From an uncultured Chloroflexia bacterium (lineage in GTDB: Bacteria > Chloroflexota > Dehalococcoidia > DSTF01 > JALHUB01), in assembly GCA_963703345.1 (NCBI GenBank), contig OY969814.1:1792001-1856000 (forward strand): 64,000 nucleotides of DNA, read 5' to 3'. Below, in pieces: positions 1-8,461 of the stretch. The notes beneath the pieces were generated by a model. That model searched no databases. It was not told the DNA's origin and saw only the letters and a program-made list of their open reading frames with translations. The first letter of the stretch is position 1, and each line of letters starts with the position of its first letter. The translations under genes and the position numbers were made by a program.

Positions 1-2
1 TC

Positions 3-791
3 GCCCTTCCTTCGACCACGTCGACCGTGCTTTACTTCAACGACGCCTGGCCATCGCTTCAGGACAAGAAGGTGAGGCAGGCGCTGGCCTACGCGACGAA
101 CCGGCAGGGCATTATCTCAGACATCCTCCAGGACCAGGGGGTAGAGGCCGACAGTGCCATTGCCGCCGGCACCTGGTCCTATTACCCGGTGCTCGACCGC
201 TATGCCTACGACCCCAATCAGGCGGCGACACTCCTCGACGAGGCCGGCTGGACACTTCAGCCAAACGGCATCCGCGCCAAGGACGGAGTGGAGTTGCGCT
301 TTCGCATCATAACGAACGACGATGCGTTGCGAACGGCGGCGGCGGACGACATCGCCCGGTCCTGGTCGGCGCTGGGAATTCCGACGGACGTGTCTGTACA
401 GGGGCCGACGACGCTGCTGCGCGACATGCTGTTGCCGCACGATTTCATCGTCGCTATCTACGGCTTCGACGGCGGGCCGGACCCTGACCCTTATCCCGCC
501 TACCACAGCTCGCAGGCGAGGCCCGGCGGCGAGAATCTCTCCGGCTTCAGCGATCCGACGGTCGACCTCCTCCTCCAGAACGCGCGGCAAAGCAGCGACG
601 CAGAGGCGCGAAAGGCGCTGTACCGTCAGTTCCAGGAGGTGTTCGCCGGCGAACTGCCGAACCTTCCCCTCTACCAGCGCACGTTCACCTATGCCGTGGA
701 CAAGCATCTCCAAGGCGTGGCGCCGGCGGTCCTGTTCGACTCGAGCTCTCGCTTCTGCCAGGTAAACGAGTGGCGACTGGAGGGCGGCTAG
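3..791 (+). CDS. ABC transporter peptide/oligopeptide substrate-binding protein (family 5), 5'-truncated by the window edge
   Basis: SBP_bac_5-like motifs 'KKVRQALAYATNRQGII', 'YDPNQAATLLDEAGW', 'ARKALYRQFQEVFAGELPNLPLY'; frame is open to the window start. Confidence 0.85.
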   Translation, partial: ALPSTTSTVLYFNDAWPSLQDKKVRQALAYATNRQGIISDILQDQGVEADSAIAAGTWSYYPVLDRYAYDPNQAATLLDEAGWTLQPNGIRAKDGVELRFRIITNDDALRTAAADDIARSWSALGIPTDVSVQGPTTLLRDMLLPHDFIVAIYGFDGGPDPDPYPAYHSSQARPGGENLSGFSDPTVDLLLQNARQSSDAEARKALYRQFQEVFAGELPNLPLYQRTFTYAVDKHLQGVAPAVLFDSSSRFCQVNEWRLEGG

Positions 792-792
792 C

Positions 793-1647
793 GTGCCGCC
801 GGACCCGCCGGTAATCACCCTCACGACCGATTTCGGCGTCTCGGACCACTACGTTGGCGTGATGAAGGGCGTCATCCTCTCGATCAACCCTCGCGCAACT
901 ATCGTCGACATCACGCATCAGGTACAGCCGCAGCGCGTTGAAGAGGGCGCCTTCCTGCTCGGAGCGGCCTGGCCGCACTTTCCGCCGGGCAGCGTTCACG
1001 TCGTTGTCGTCGACCCCGGTGTCGGCACGGACCGGCCGGCGCTGGCGCTGTCGACGCCGTCGGCCTTCTTCGTCGGACCGGACAACGGCGTCCTTTCAGC
1101 CGCCTTGCCGGACAGCGCTCGCCCGCGCGGCCTTCGCCCGCTCCCGAGGTCGGTGGAGCTTCCGGAAGGGTACAATGCCGTCGCCATCAGCAATCCCGGC
1201 TACCTGCGACAGCCTGTGAGCGCCACCTTCCACGCCCGCGACGTCTTCGCGCCGGTGGCGGCTCACCTCTCTTTGGGCGCGAGCCTCGATAGCTTCGGCG
1301 TAAAGGCGTCTACGATGCGGGCGCTGCCGCCGTTCAAGGCGGTCCGGAAGAGCGACGGGACTCTCGAGGGGCGCGTCGTCCACATCGATCAGTTTGGCAA
1401 CCTGATCACGACCATCCGCGGGACGGACATCGCCAAGAGCGACGTGACTGTGGAGATAGCCGGGGCCAGTATCCACGGCATCGCAAGGACCTACGGCACG
1501 GGCGAGGAGATGGTTGCGGTTATCGGCAGCAGCGGCTATCTGGAGATAGCGCTTCCGCTGGGCAGCGCGGAGCAACTGCTGGACGCGGAGTTGGACGCGC
1601 CTGTGGGCGTGCGGCCGGTCATCGTGCGGACGAAGCGGTCGCAGTAA
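793..1647 (+). CDS. SAM hydroxide adenosyltransferase (DUF62; chlorinase/fluorinase-like family)
   Basis: 'ITLTTDFG', 'VVDPGVGTDR', 'GPDNG', 'TFHARDVFAP', 'HIDQFGNLIT'; Asp-Arg-His triad of the hydrolase branch. Confidence 0.88.
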   Translation: MPPDPPVITLTTDFGVSDHYVGVMKGVILSINPRATIVDITHQVQPQRVEEGAFLLGAAWPHFPPGSVHVVVVDPGVGTDRPALALSTPSAFFVGPDNGVLSAALPDSARPRGLRPLPRSVELPEGYNAVAISNPGYLRQPVSATFHARDVFAPVAAHLSLGASLDSFGVKASTMRALPPFKAVRKSDGTLEGRVVHIDQFGNLITTIRGTDIAKSDVTVEIAGASIHGIARTYGTGEEMVAVIGSSGYLEIALPLGSAEQLLDAELDAPVGVRPVIVRTKRSQ

Positions 1648-1659
1648 GCTTCCGAACCC

Positions 1660-2451
1660 CTACGGCATCAGCATGACGGGCACGGCGAAAAGGTTGATGA
1701 CGCTGCCATCCTCGGGGCTCAGGCTGTAGCCCTCTATGGTCCCCTGCTGTGCCCCTCCCGACAGCGAGAACTTGAGATCCTGAGAGAACGTCCCTTTTGC
1801 CGGCGCACCCTCGGATGCCATGACGTGCGCGCTTGCGAGCTCGTTGCCTGTTGAGTCCTTGACGGCGACCGTTAGCGACGCCTCGAAAACAGAGGCGGTG
1901 CCGCTTATCGTGACGGGACTCTGCACAATAGAGCCGCACAACGGCGAATCGATGACTATGTTCGGCTCTTCGCCGGACACTTTTATGGGAACAACGGCCT
2001 CGCCGGCAACGCTGCCATCCTTTGGGCTAAGGCTGAGGACATGGACGCGAGCGGCCTCGGCCAGAGGCGGAGTAAAGGGCGGCGGCGGGAAAGCAAGCGT
2101 CACTTCGAAGGTGCCGGTCCCGGGCGCGCCTTGGCTGGCAGTAGTGGTAACGCGGCAGAATGTGCGGTCACCTTTGGAGCTTTCTATGGCGACAGTGAGC
2201 GCCCCTTCGAAGACGCTGGCGGTGCCGGAAACCGTTATCGGCACAGAGACGACCTCATCGTTCTGCGGCTTGTCAATCGTTATGGCGCCGGGTTGAACGG
2301 TCTCCTCGGGCGACGGCGTGCCGGCCACCGTCGGCGCCGTCGGCGTTTTCGGCGTCACGTCCGCCTTCTTGCTGCTGCCGCAGGCCGTCAGTACCATTAC
2401 TGAGGCGACCGACAGAACGAATATTGCCGCCAGATGGGTAGCCTTAGTCAT
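1660..2451 (-). CDS. Lipoprotein with two Gmad2-type immunoglobulin-like domains
   Basis: Lipobox 'LTAC', P/T linker, two copies of 'P(I/V)T(V/I)SGTASVFE...GAP..GTF'; start placed at ATG 2451. Confidence 0.75.
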   Translation of the reverse strand: MTKATHLAAIFVLSVASVMVLTACGSSKKADVTPKTPTAPTVAGTPSPEETVQPGAITIDKPQNDEVVSVPITVSGTASVFEGALTVAIESSKGDRTFCRVTTTASQGAPGTGTFEVTLAFPPPPFTPPLAEAARVHVLSLSPKDGSVAGEAVVPIKVSGEEPNIVIDSPLCGSIVQSPVTISGTASVFEASLTVAVKDSTGNELASAHVMASEGAPAKGTFSQDLKFSLSGGAQQGTIEGYSLSPEDGSVINLFAVPVMLMP

Positions 2452-2532
2452 GTTCTCCACCTCTTTTCGCCACCATAGTATAATCCGCCTCGTCAACACG
2501 TAACAACTTTCTTATCGACTGCGGAGGGAGAA

Positions 2533-3486
2533 TTGCGTATCGTCTTTCTCGGAACGTCTGAGTTCGCGCTTCCGGCGCTGGAGCGGCTGGTCAGCAGCGA
2601 TTACGAGGTGGTGGGCGTCTACACGCAGCCGGACCGACCGGCGGGTCGCGGCCGACGTGAGCGGGCGTCGGCGGTGAAGGAGACGGCGGTGCAACATCGC
2701 CTGGCGGTCTTCCAGCCGTCGCGACTGGGGGCGCCCGAGGCGATGGCGGATCTGGCCGAGCTGCGACCGGACGTGATGGTCGCCGCCGCGTACGGCCAGA
2801 TCCTGCGGCAGACGGTGCTGGACCTGCCGCCGTACGGCGTGCTGAACATCCATCCCTCTCTCCTGCCGCGTTACCGCGGCGCATCCCCCGTGGCCGCGGC
2901 GATTCTGAATGGCGACGAGGAGACGGGAGTGACGATCATGCGAATGGTCCTGGCGCTCGACGAGGGGCCGATTCTTAGCCAGCGGAAGGTCCCCATCGAG
3001 GCGCAGGACACGACCGGCAGTCTGACGCATCGCCTCGCTGAGGAAGGTGCAGACCTGCTGATGGCGATGCTGCCGGGTTATGTCAACGGAACACTTGCGC
3101 CCGTGCCCCAGGACGATTCTCTCGCCAGCTACGTGTCGATGGTGAAGAAGGAGGACGGTATCATCGACTGGCGATTGCCGGCATCGCAGATCTGGCGGCA
3201 GGTACGGGCGTACAACCCCTGGCCCATCGCCTTTACGCATCTCGACGGCGCTATACTACAGATTCGCGAGGCCTGGCCGCTCAAAGGCGACGCCGCAGGG
3301 CCGGCCGGGACGATCGTACCTGCGCCATCGGACGCCGAAGGGCCGGCGAGCGAAGCGGGCTTCGCGGTGCAGACGGGCGAAGGGCTGCTGGCGGTGATTC
3401 GTGTCCAGAAGCAAGGTCGGCAGGCGCTTCCGGCGAAGGAGTTCGCGCGCGGCGAGCGAGGGCTGCTGGGGCGACGAATGGGCTGA
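2533..3486 (+). CDS. fmt: Methionyl-tRNA formyltransferase
   Basis: 'MRIVFLGT', 'YTQPDRPAGRG', 'NIHPSLLPRYRGASP', 'RAYNPWP'. Confidence 0.96.
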   Translation: MRIVFLGTSEFALPALERLVSSDYEVVGVYTQPDRPAGRGRRERASAVKETAVQHRLAVFQPSRLGAPEAMADLAELRPDVMVAAAYGQILRQTVLDLPPYGVLNIHPSLLPRYRGASPVAAAILNGDEETGVTIMRMVLALDEGPILSQRKVPIEAQDTTGSLTHRLAEEGADLLMAMLPGYVNGTLAPVPQDDSLASYVSMVKKEDGIIDWRLPASQIWRQVRAYNPWPIAFTHLDGAILQIREAWPLKGDAAGPAGTIVPAPSDAEGPASEAGFAVQTGEGLLAVIRVQKQGRQALPAKEFARGERGLLGRRMG

Positions 3487-3489
3487 ACT

Positions 3490-3510
3490 CCTGCCTGCCG
3501 GGCAAGCAGG
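3490..3510. repeat. Short imperfect palindrome CCTGCCTGCC-G-GGCAAGCAGG
   Basis: Inverted repeat just after the fmt stop; ACTC occurs at both ends. Confidence 0.55.
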
Positions 3511-3540
3511 ACTCCCCATCTGTTGAACTCCCGGCCCGAG

Positions 3541-3568
3541 CGCCGAGGCTGGAAAGCCTCGGCTACGT
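3541..3568. repeat. GTAG-type REP-like palindrome (copy 1)
   Basis: cgccgaggctggaaagcctcggctacgt is identical over 28 bp to 37467-37494; its GTAG supplies the rplY stop codon. Confidence 0.75.
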
Positions 3569-4234
3569 TGTTTCGGGCCTACCGGGCTCTTTCTTGGACT
3601 CCGCGGTCTCTGCTGCTTCGCCCTCTTCCGCGGCAGCCTCTTCGGCGGGTCCAGCCGCTTCGGCTTCGACGACCTTGCGCGGCGGCGCGACGCTGGCGAT
3701 GACCGATTCGGGATCGGTCAGCAGGTGGACTTTGGGATCGATCGCGAGATCGCGGACGTGGACGGAGGCGTAGAACGAGGCGAGCCCTGAGATATCGACT
3801 TCCACGTGCGGCGGAATATCGGCGGGCAGCGCTTCGACGCTGATGGAGTCGAGCCCTTGAAGCAGGATGCCGCCCAGGTCTTCAACGGCGGGCGCTTTGC
3901 CGATGAGGAGAAGCGGCACGTCCGCCTTCATCTTCTCGGCGAGGGACACCTGGTAGAAGTCGACGTGCAGTACCGTGTCGTTGAGGACGTCGCGCTGGAT
4001 GTGACGGACCATGACGGGTCGCGCAGTCTTCTCGCCCTCGATGCTCAGCGACAGGATGGCGTTGCGCTCGATCTTCTTCAGGGCGTGCGCGAGGATGAGG
4101 CTATCGACCTGCACGGCCTGCGATTCGAGACGGTGGCCGAAGATGTTAGCGGGCGTTGTGCCACCGCGCCGGAGGGCGCGCACTTTCTTGCCGAGAACGG
4201 ACCGGCGCGAGACCGTCAGTTGCACTTGGTCCAC
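3563..4234 (-). CDS. rplY: 50S ribosomal protein L25/general stress protein Ctc
   Basis: 'GKKVRALRRGGTTPANIFG', 'LHVDFYQV', 'ALPADIPPHVEVDIS', acidic tail; GTG start at 4234 with AGGAG RBS. Confidence 0.93.
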   Translation of the reverse strand: MDQVQLTVSRRSVLGKKVRALRRGGTTPANIFGHRLESQAVQVDSLILAHALKKIERNAILSLSIEGEKTARPVMVRHIQRDVLNDTVLHVDFYQVSLAEKMKADVPLLLIGKAPAVEDLGGILLQGLDSISVEALPADIPPHVEVDISGLASFYASVHVRDLAIDPKVHLLTDPESVIASVAPPRKVVEAEAAGPAEEAAAEEGEAAETAESKKEPGRPETT

Positions 4235-4247
4235 GATACTGCTCCTA

Positions 4248-4646
4248 CTAGCGGCCGAACAGGCGGCCGACGGACTTGACAAGCCATCTCCCGAAGAAGA
4301 AGCCGGCCCCGAGAGCGAAGGCGCTTGGCACGGTAAGGACGGGTCGCACGTTGCCGCCGCGGAGGGACGGCGTGACGAGCAGCCCGACGTGAACCCCATC
4401 CGCGGAGACCTCCCGTCCGACGACCAGCAGGGCGCCTCCCTGAGTTAGCGACACCCGCTCTCCCTTGACCGAGCCGACGCTGCTCTGCCGCACGTCGGCG
4501 TCGGCGGCGAACAGGTTCTGCACCGCCGACTGCGTCACAGTCACCTGGCCGCCGGACAAGACGCGGACGGCGCTCTGAGTTATGTCCAGCCGTTCCCGCG
4601 GCAACTCGTCGAATGGGGGCTCTTGCACCCGCTGCCTCCTCTGCAC
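4248..4646 (-). CDS. Hypothetical protein with short beta-repeat-like motifs and a C-terminal hydrophobic segment
   Basis: Repeated 'TQSAV/QSSV/TQGG' units; stop abuts the rplY RBS. Confidence 0.55.
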   Translation of the reverse strand: MQRRQRVQEPPFDELPRERLDITQSAVRVLSGGQVTVTQSAVQNLFAADADVRQSSVGSVKGERVSLTQGGALLVVGREVSADGVHVGLLVTPSLRGGNVRPVLTVPSAFALGAGFFFGRWLVKSVGRLFGR

Positions 4647-4725
4647 ACGCAGGCCAGCGTCCGGGGGACTAAATGAAGTTATCAGAATGTCGGCTCGCCC
4701 GTCAAGGAGGAGGGACGCGACTCGA

Positions 4726-6480
4726 CTAGGCAGCCTGTTCCTCGAACTGGGTCAGGAAGCGGTCGATGACGCGCAGGAAGGCGTCAACGGCGTCCGGGTC
4801 GAACTGGCTGCCGGAGTTCGCTGTGATCTCCTTCAGCGCCGCCTCGTGCGAGATCGCCTTGCGATAGGGGCGGTCGGAGGTCATGGCGTCGTACGCGTCG
4901 ACTACGGTGAAGATTCGCGCCTCCAGGGGAATGCGGTCGGCGGCGAGTCCGAAGGGATAGCCGCGGCCGTCGTAGCGCTCGTGATGGTACATTAGTATGG
5001 GCAGCGCGCCCTCGAGGAAGCCGACTTTGGACACGAGGACTCCCGCCAGAAGCGGGTGCTTCTGCATGGTCTGCCACTCGCGACGGGAGAGCGTCGCCGG
5101 TTTTCGCAGGATTGCATCTGGGACGCCTATCTTGCCGACGTCGTGGAGCAGGGCGCCGCGTTCGATGTCGATGAGCTTCTCCTCGGGCACCTGCATCTCG
5201 CGGGCGATAGCGACGGTCAGCTTCGCGACGCGCTCGGAGTGGCCTTCCGTGGCGGCGTCCTTGGCATCGAGCGCGGCGGAGAGCGCCTTGAGCGTGGCGT
5301 CATAGCTCAGCTCGAGCTCGCCGGCGTAGGCGCGGACCCTGGCGAAGAGGTTGGCCTGCTCGACTGCCATCGCCGCCTGGCCGGCCAGCTCTTCTAACAT
5401 CGTCACCTCGGCGCGGCCGAATCCATTCGCCGAGGAGCGTCGTAGGACTGCTATTACGCCGGTGGCTTTGCTGCGCAGCTTCATCGGCACGCAAAGGATA
5501 GCCATGGGCTGCTGCTCGACGTCCACGCCGAATACGCGCCGATAGTCCGCCCGCCAGTTCCGCAACACGTTCGTCTCGCCGGTCGCCAGGACGCGATGAA
5601 ACAGCCACTCCTGGACCTCGCGATTGTGAAGTGCCACCGTGTCGCGCTTTTCGTCGTGGCTTGCGCGCGCGGCCAGCGCTCGCGACTCGGGGTCGACGAG
5701 ACAGACGACGCTGTACTGTCCCTGAACAAGCAGCGTCGCATCTCGGACGATCTGGCTCAGAACCTCCTGCGTGTCCAGCGATGAACGAACGTGCTCGCCC
5801 GTCTGGTAAAGGTACGTTAGGCGGGCGTGGTCCTGGGCGAGGACGCGCGTGACACCCCAGGCTCCCGCCTGCAAGACCGCGTACAGCGCAAGTAGTCCTA
5901 CAGCGATCTCGACGTAGAGCAAACGCTGCGCTGAGGCGATGCTGGAAGCGACTGCGGCGTAGTCCTGGTGAATCTCGACTGCCGCGGCGACCTGTCGGCC
6001 ACTCGAGTAGAGCGGCGCATAGACGTCGAGGACGGGCCCTTTCCGAGCGATGCCGCCATCGCCGCTGGAGCCGGCATCCAGCACTGTGCCGCTCGTCTTG
6101 TCGCCCAGCGCGTCGAGAATCGCCTGCTGGTCGGAAGGGGTCCGGCCTATTTCCGATGAATCAGTAGAATAGACCGTCTGGCCCTGCCGGTTGTAGACGC
6201 GCAATCGCTGCGTCTGGCCGGAGAGAACGAAGCGGGCAACCGTCTGTTGAAGCTGGTCGTAGGCCGGGCCGGACAGGGGCGTCGAGAGGTCCAGGGCGGC
6301 GACCTGCGGCTGCAAGACGGCGACGACGGAAGCGGCCGCGGTGTCAGCGGTCGATGTCCTCACTTGCGTCTCGATCTCGCGTCCGGCCAGGAGTGCGAGC
6401 GCCACGCCTGCAAGCACGAACGCGATGAGGCTCAGTGTGGCGAAGGGATAGAGGATATCGCCCTTGACGCTTCTTGGCAT
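4726..6480 (-). CDS. Membrane-anchored GAF + HD-GYP cyclic-dinucleotide phosphodiesterase
   Basis: Two TM segments, GAF region, 'GHSERV', 'LHDVGKIG', 'HHERYDGRGYP', 'DAMTSDRPYR'. Confidence 0.9.
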   Translation of the reverse strand: MPRSVKGDILYPFATLSLIAFVLAGVALALLAGREIETQVRTSTADTAAASVVAVLQPQVAALDLSTPLSGPAYDQLQQTVARFVLSGQTQRLRVYNRQGQTVYSTDSSEIGRTPSDQQAILDALGDKTSGTVLDAGSSGDGGIARKGPVLDVYAPLYSSGRQVAAAVEIHQDYAAVASSIASAQRLLYVEIAVGLLALYAVLQAGAWGVTRVLAQDHARLTYLYQTGEHVRSSLDTQEVLSQIVRDATLLVQGQYSVVCLVDPESRALAARASHDEKRDTVALHNREVQEWLFHRVLATGETNVLRNWRADYRRVFGVDVEQQPMAILCVPMKLRSKATGVIAVLRRSSANGFGRAEVTMLEELAGQAAMAVEQANLFARVRAYAGELELSYDATLKALSAALDAKDAATEGHSERVAKLTVAIAREMQVPEEKLIDIERGALLHDVGKIGVPDAILRKPATLSRREWQTMQKHPLLAGVLVSKVGFLEGALPILMYHHERYDGRGYPFGLAADRIPLEARIFTVVDAYDAMTSDRPYRKAISHEAALKEITANSGSQFDPDAVDAFLRVIDRFLTQFEEQAA

Positions 6481-6604
6481 GGCAATCCTAACGAGTACGG
6501 CGCGCGCCTCCGTTCATATAGGTATCGGCCGGACCCGATGGAACCTTTATGATGGCGGGGGCCGATGGTGATACAGGTGACCGCCTCCAGCCGCCAGTGC
6601 TAAG

Positions 6605-7459
6605 ATGAATACAACTTGTCTGAAGGAGAGCGCCTTGACGTTGGACGAGAAACAGGCGGAGTTGCGCCGGCTGCTGCGCGAGATCGGCTCAACGGTCGTG
6701 GCGTTTTCCGGCGGCGTCGACAGCGCTCTTCTCGCCGCCGTCGCCCGCGAGGTGCTGGACGGTCGCGCGCTGGCCGTGACGGCGCTATCGCCGGCGGTCC
6801 CGGCATCGGAAGTGGAAGCGGCGCGCGAACTGGCGGCAGCCATCGGCGTGCGGCACATAATCGTCGAGACGGCAGAGATGGAATCGCCGGCGTACCGGCG
6901 GAACGACACCGACCGCTGCTATCACTGCAAGAGCGAGCTGTTTCACCGTCTGCGGGCGCTGGCGGACGAGCAGGGGCTGGCGTGGGTTGTCGAAGGCAGC
7001 AACGTGGACGACGAGGGCGACTTTCGCCCGGGAAGGCGCGCCGCTTCGGAGCAGGGCGTGCGGTCGCCGCTGCGAGAGGCGGGCCTGACGAAGGAAGAGA
7101 TACGGGCGCTATCGCGGGAGCGCGGTATGCAGACGTGGGACAAGCCGTCGATGGCGTGCCTGGCGTCCCGCATTCCCTACGGGACGCCGATCAACCGCGA
7201 GGCGCTCGCCCAGATAGAGGCGGCGGAAGAACTGCTGCGATCGCTGGGGCTGCGTCAGCTCCGCGTGCGCCATCACGGCACGCTCGCGCGCATCGAGGTG
7301 GAGGTCGGCGGCATGCCGACGTTCCTGGACGACGAGACGCGGCGCCGCGTCGTCGAAGGGCTGAAGTCGCTGGGGTACACGTACGTGACACTGGACCTGG
7401 CGGGCTTCCGTAGCGGCAGCATGAACGAGGCGATTCGCGGGTCAGCCGAGTCGTCCTAG
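6605..7459 (+). CDS. larE: ATP-dependent sulfur transferase, LarE family
   Basis: PP-loop 'SGGVDS', 'RCYHCK', 'FRPGRRA', 'ACLASRIPYG', 'GFRSGSMN'; start may be the TTG near 6641. Confidence 0.88.
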   Translation: MNTTCLKESALTLDEKQAELRRLLREIGSTVVAFSGGVDSALLAAVAREVLDGRALAVTALSPAVPASEVEAARELAAAIGVRHIIVETAEMESPAYRRNDTDRCYHCKSELFHRLRALADEQGLAWVVEGSNVDDEGDFRPGRRAASEQGVRSPLREAGLTKEEIRALSRERGMQTWDKPSMACLASRIPYGTPINREALAQIEAAEELLRSLGLRQLRVRHHGTLARIEVEVGGMPTFLDDETRRRVVEGLKSLGYTYVTLDLAGFRSGSMNEAIRGSAESS

Positions 7460-7497
7460 GCGCGGGACCTGACAAACATCAAGCTTCTGAAGATGGA

Positions 7498-7533
7498 GCA
7501 ACGGGTCGCCCGTGGACCAAGGCGACCCGTTGC
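7498..7533. terminator. 13-bp hairpin between convergent genes
   Basis: gcaacgggtcgcc-N10-ggcgacccgttgc; no clear U-tract. Confidence 0.55.
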
Positions 7534-7595
7534 GTCGCGGGGTATGTTGCCTGCTCTCGCGAGGTCGGACGAGAGACAAAGCCCAAATCAGATAG

Positions 7596-8342
7596 CTACA
7601 TGAAGCTCATGCCCATGCCCGAGCGGTTGCGCTGCATTCCGCCGTGCCACATGGGCGAGTTGCTGTTCTGACCGTTGCTCTCCGGCGTGGCGGAAGGCGT
7701 CTTGGACGTGTCGCGCTTTTGGTCGATGATCTGGTCTAGCTTGCTGCTCAGGTTGCTCTTGATCTGGTCGGCGCGCGTTTGGGTGATCTTGCCATCGGTC
7801 ACGGCCTTGTCGACCTGCTGATCGACGGCGGTGGTGATGTCGCTCTTCAGGTCATCGCGGGAGACGCCCTGCGCGGAGGCGATCTCCGCCAGGCTCTTTC
7901 CGCTCTTGAGCTGGTCCTGGATCTGCTGCGGCGTGAGGTTGAGCTTACCGGCGACCGCCTGGACTATGCTCTGGAGGCTGGCGCCGAACTCGCCCTTCCC
8001 CATCATGCCGAATCCGCCGAACCTACCGCCCATACCCAGTAGGCCAGGGAAGTTCCCGTTCTGAATCTCCTGGTTGAGCTTGTCGGCCTGCTGCTGGGTG
8101 ATGGTGCCGTCCTTCAGCATCTGGTCTACCGTGTCGCTGGCGGCACCCTGGACGTCGGTCTTGAGCTGGTCGGAGGAGATACCGAGGCGGGTGGCGAGGA
8201 AGCCGAGGAACTGGTCTACCCTGGTGCTCGAGCCCGATCCGCCGCTACCGCCTCCCTGTGCCAGCGCAACGCCCGTTAGGACTCCCGCCACGACTACGGC
8301 GAGCAACGCGAAAGGCAGAACGAACTTCAGTACCCTCTTCAT
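7596..8342 (-). CDS. Secreted helical-repeat hypothetical protein
   Basis: Signal peptide ending 'ALAQ', repeated 'DG(T/K)ITQ..AD', 'GKSLAEIA'; AGGAG RBS. Confidence 0.75.
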   Translation of the reverse strand: MKRVLKFVLPFALLAVVVAGVLTGVALAQGGGSGGSGSSTRVDQFLGFLATRLGISSDQLKTDVQGAASDTVDQMLKDGTITQQQADKLNQEIQNGNFPGLLGMGGRFGGFGMMGKGEFGASLQSIVQAVAGKLNLTPQQIQDQLKSGKSLAEIASAQGVSRDDLKSDITTAVDQQVDKAVTDGKITQTRADQIKSNLSSKLDQIIDQKRDTSKTPSATPESNGQNSNSPMWHGGMQRNRSGMGMSFM

Positions 8343-8461
8343 CACGCTTCTCCTTACATACAGCACAAAGCTACAACACAAAGCTTAAGGAGGCACGGCT
8401 AAGGCGTCAATAAGGATGTGTAAAAAAACGGTTAAGACCGCTGCTGAGGTAGTCGTAGAGG

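Noticed and set aside
793-1647. Fluorinase or chlorinase
   Set aside because: Retains the Asp/Arg/His pattern (VDPG, R, TFH) of SAM hydroxide adenosyltransferases.
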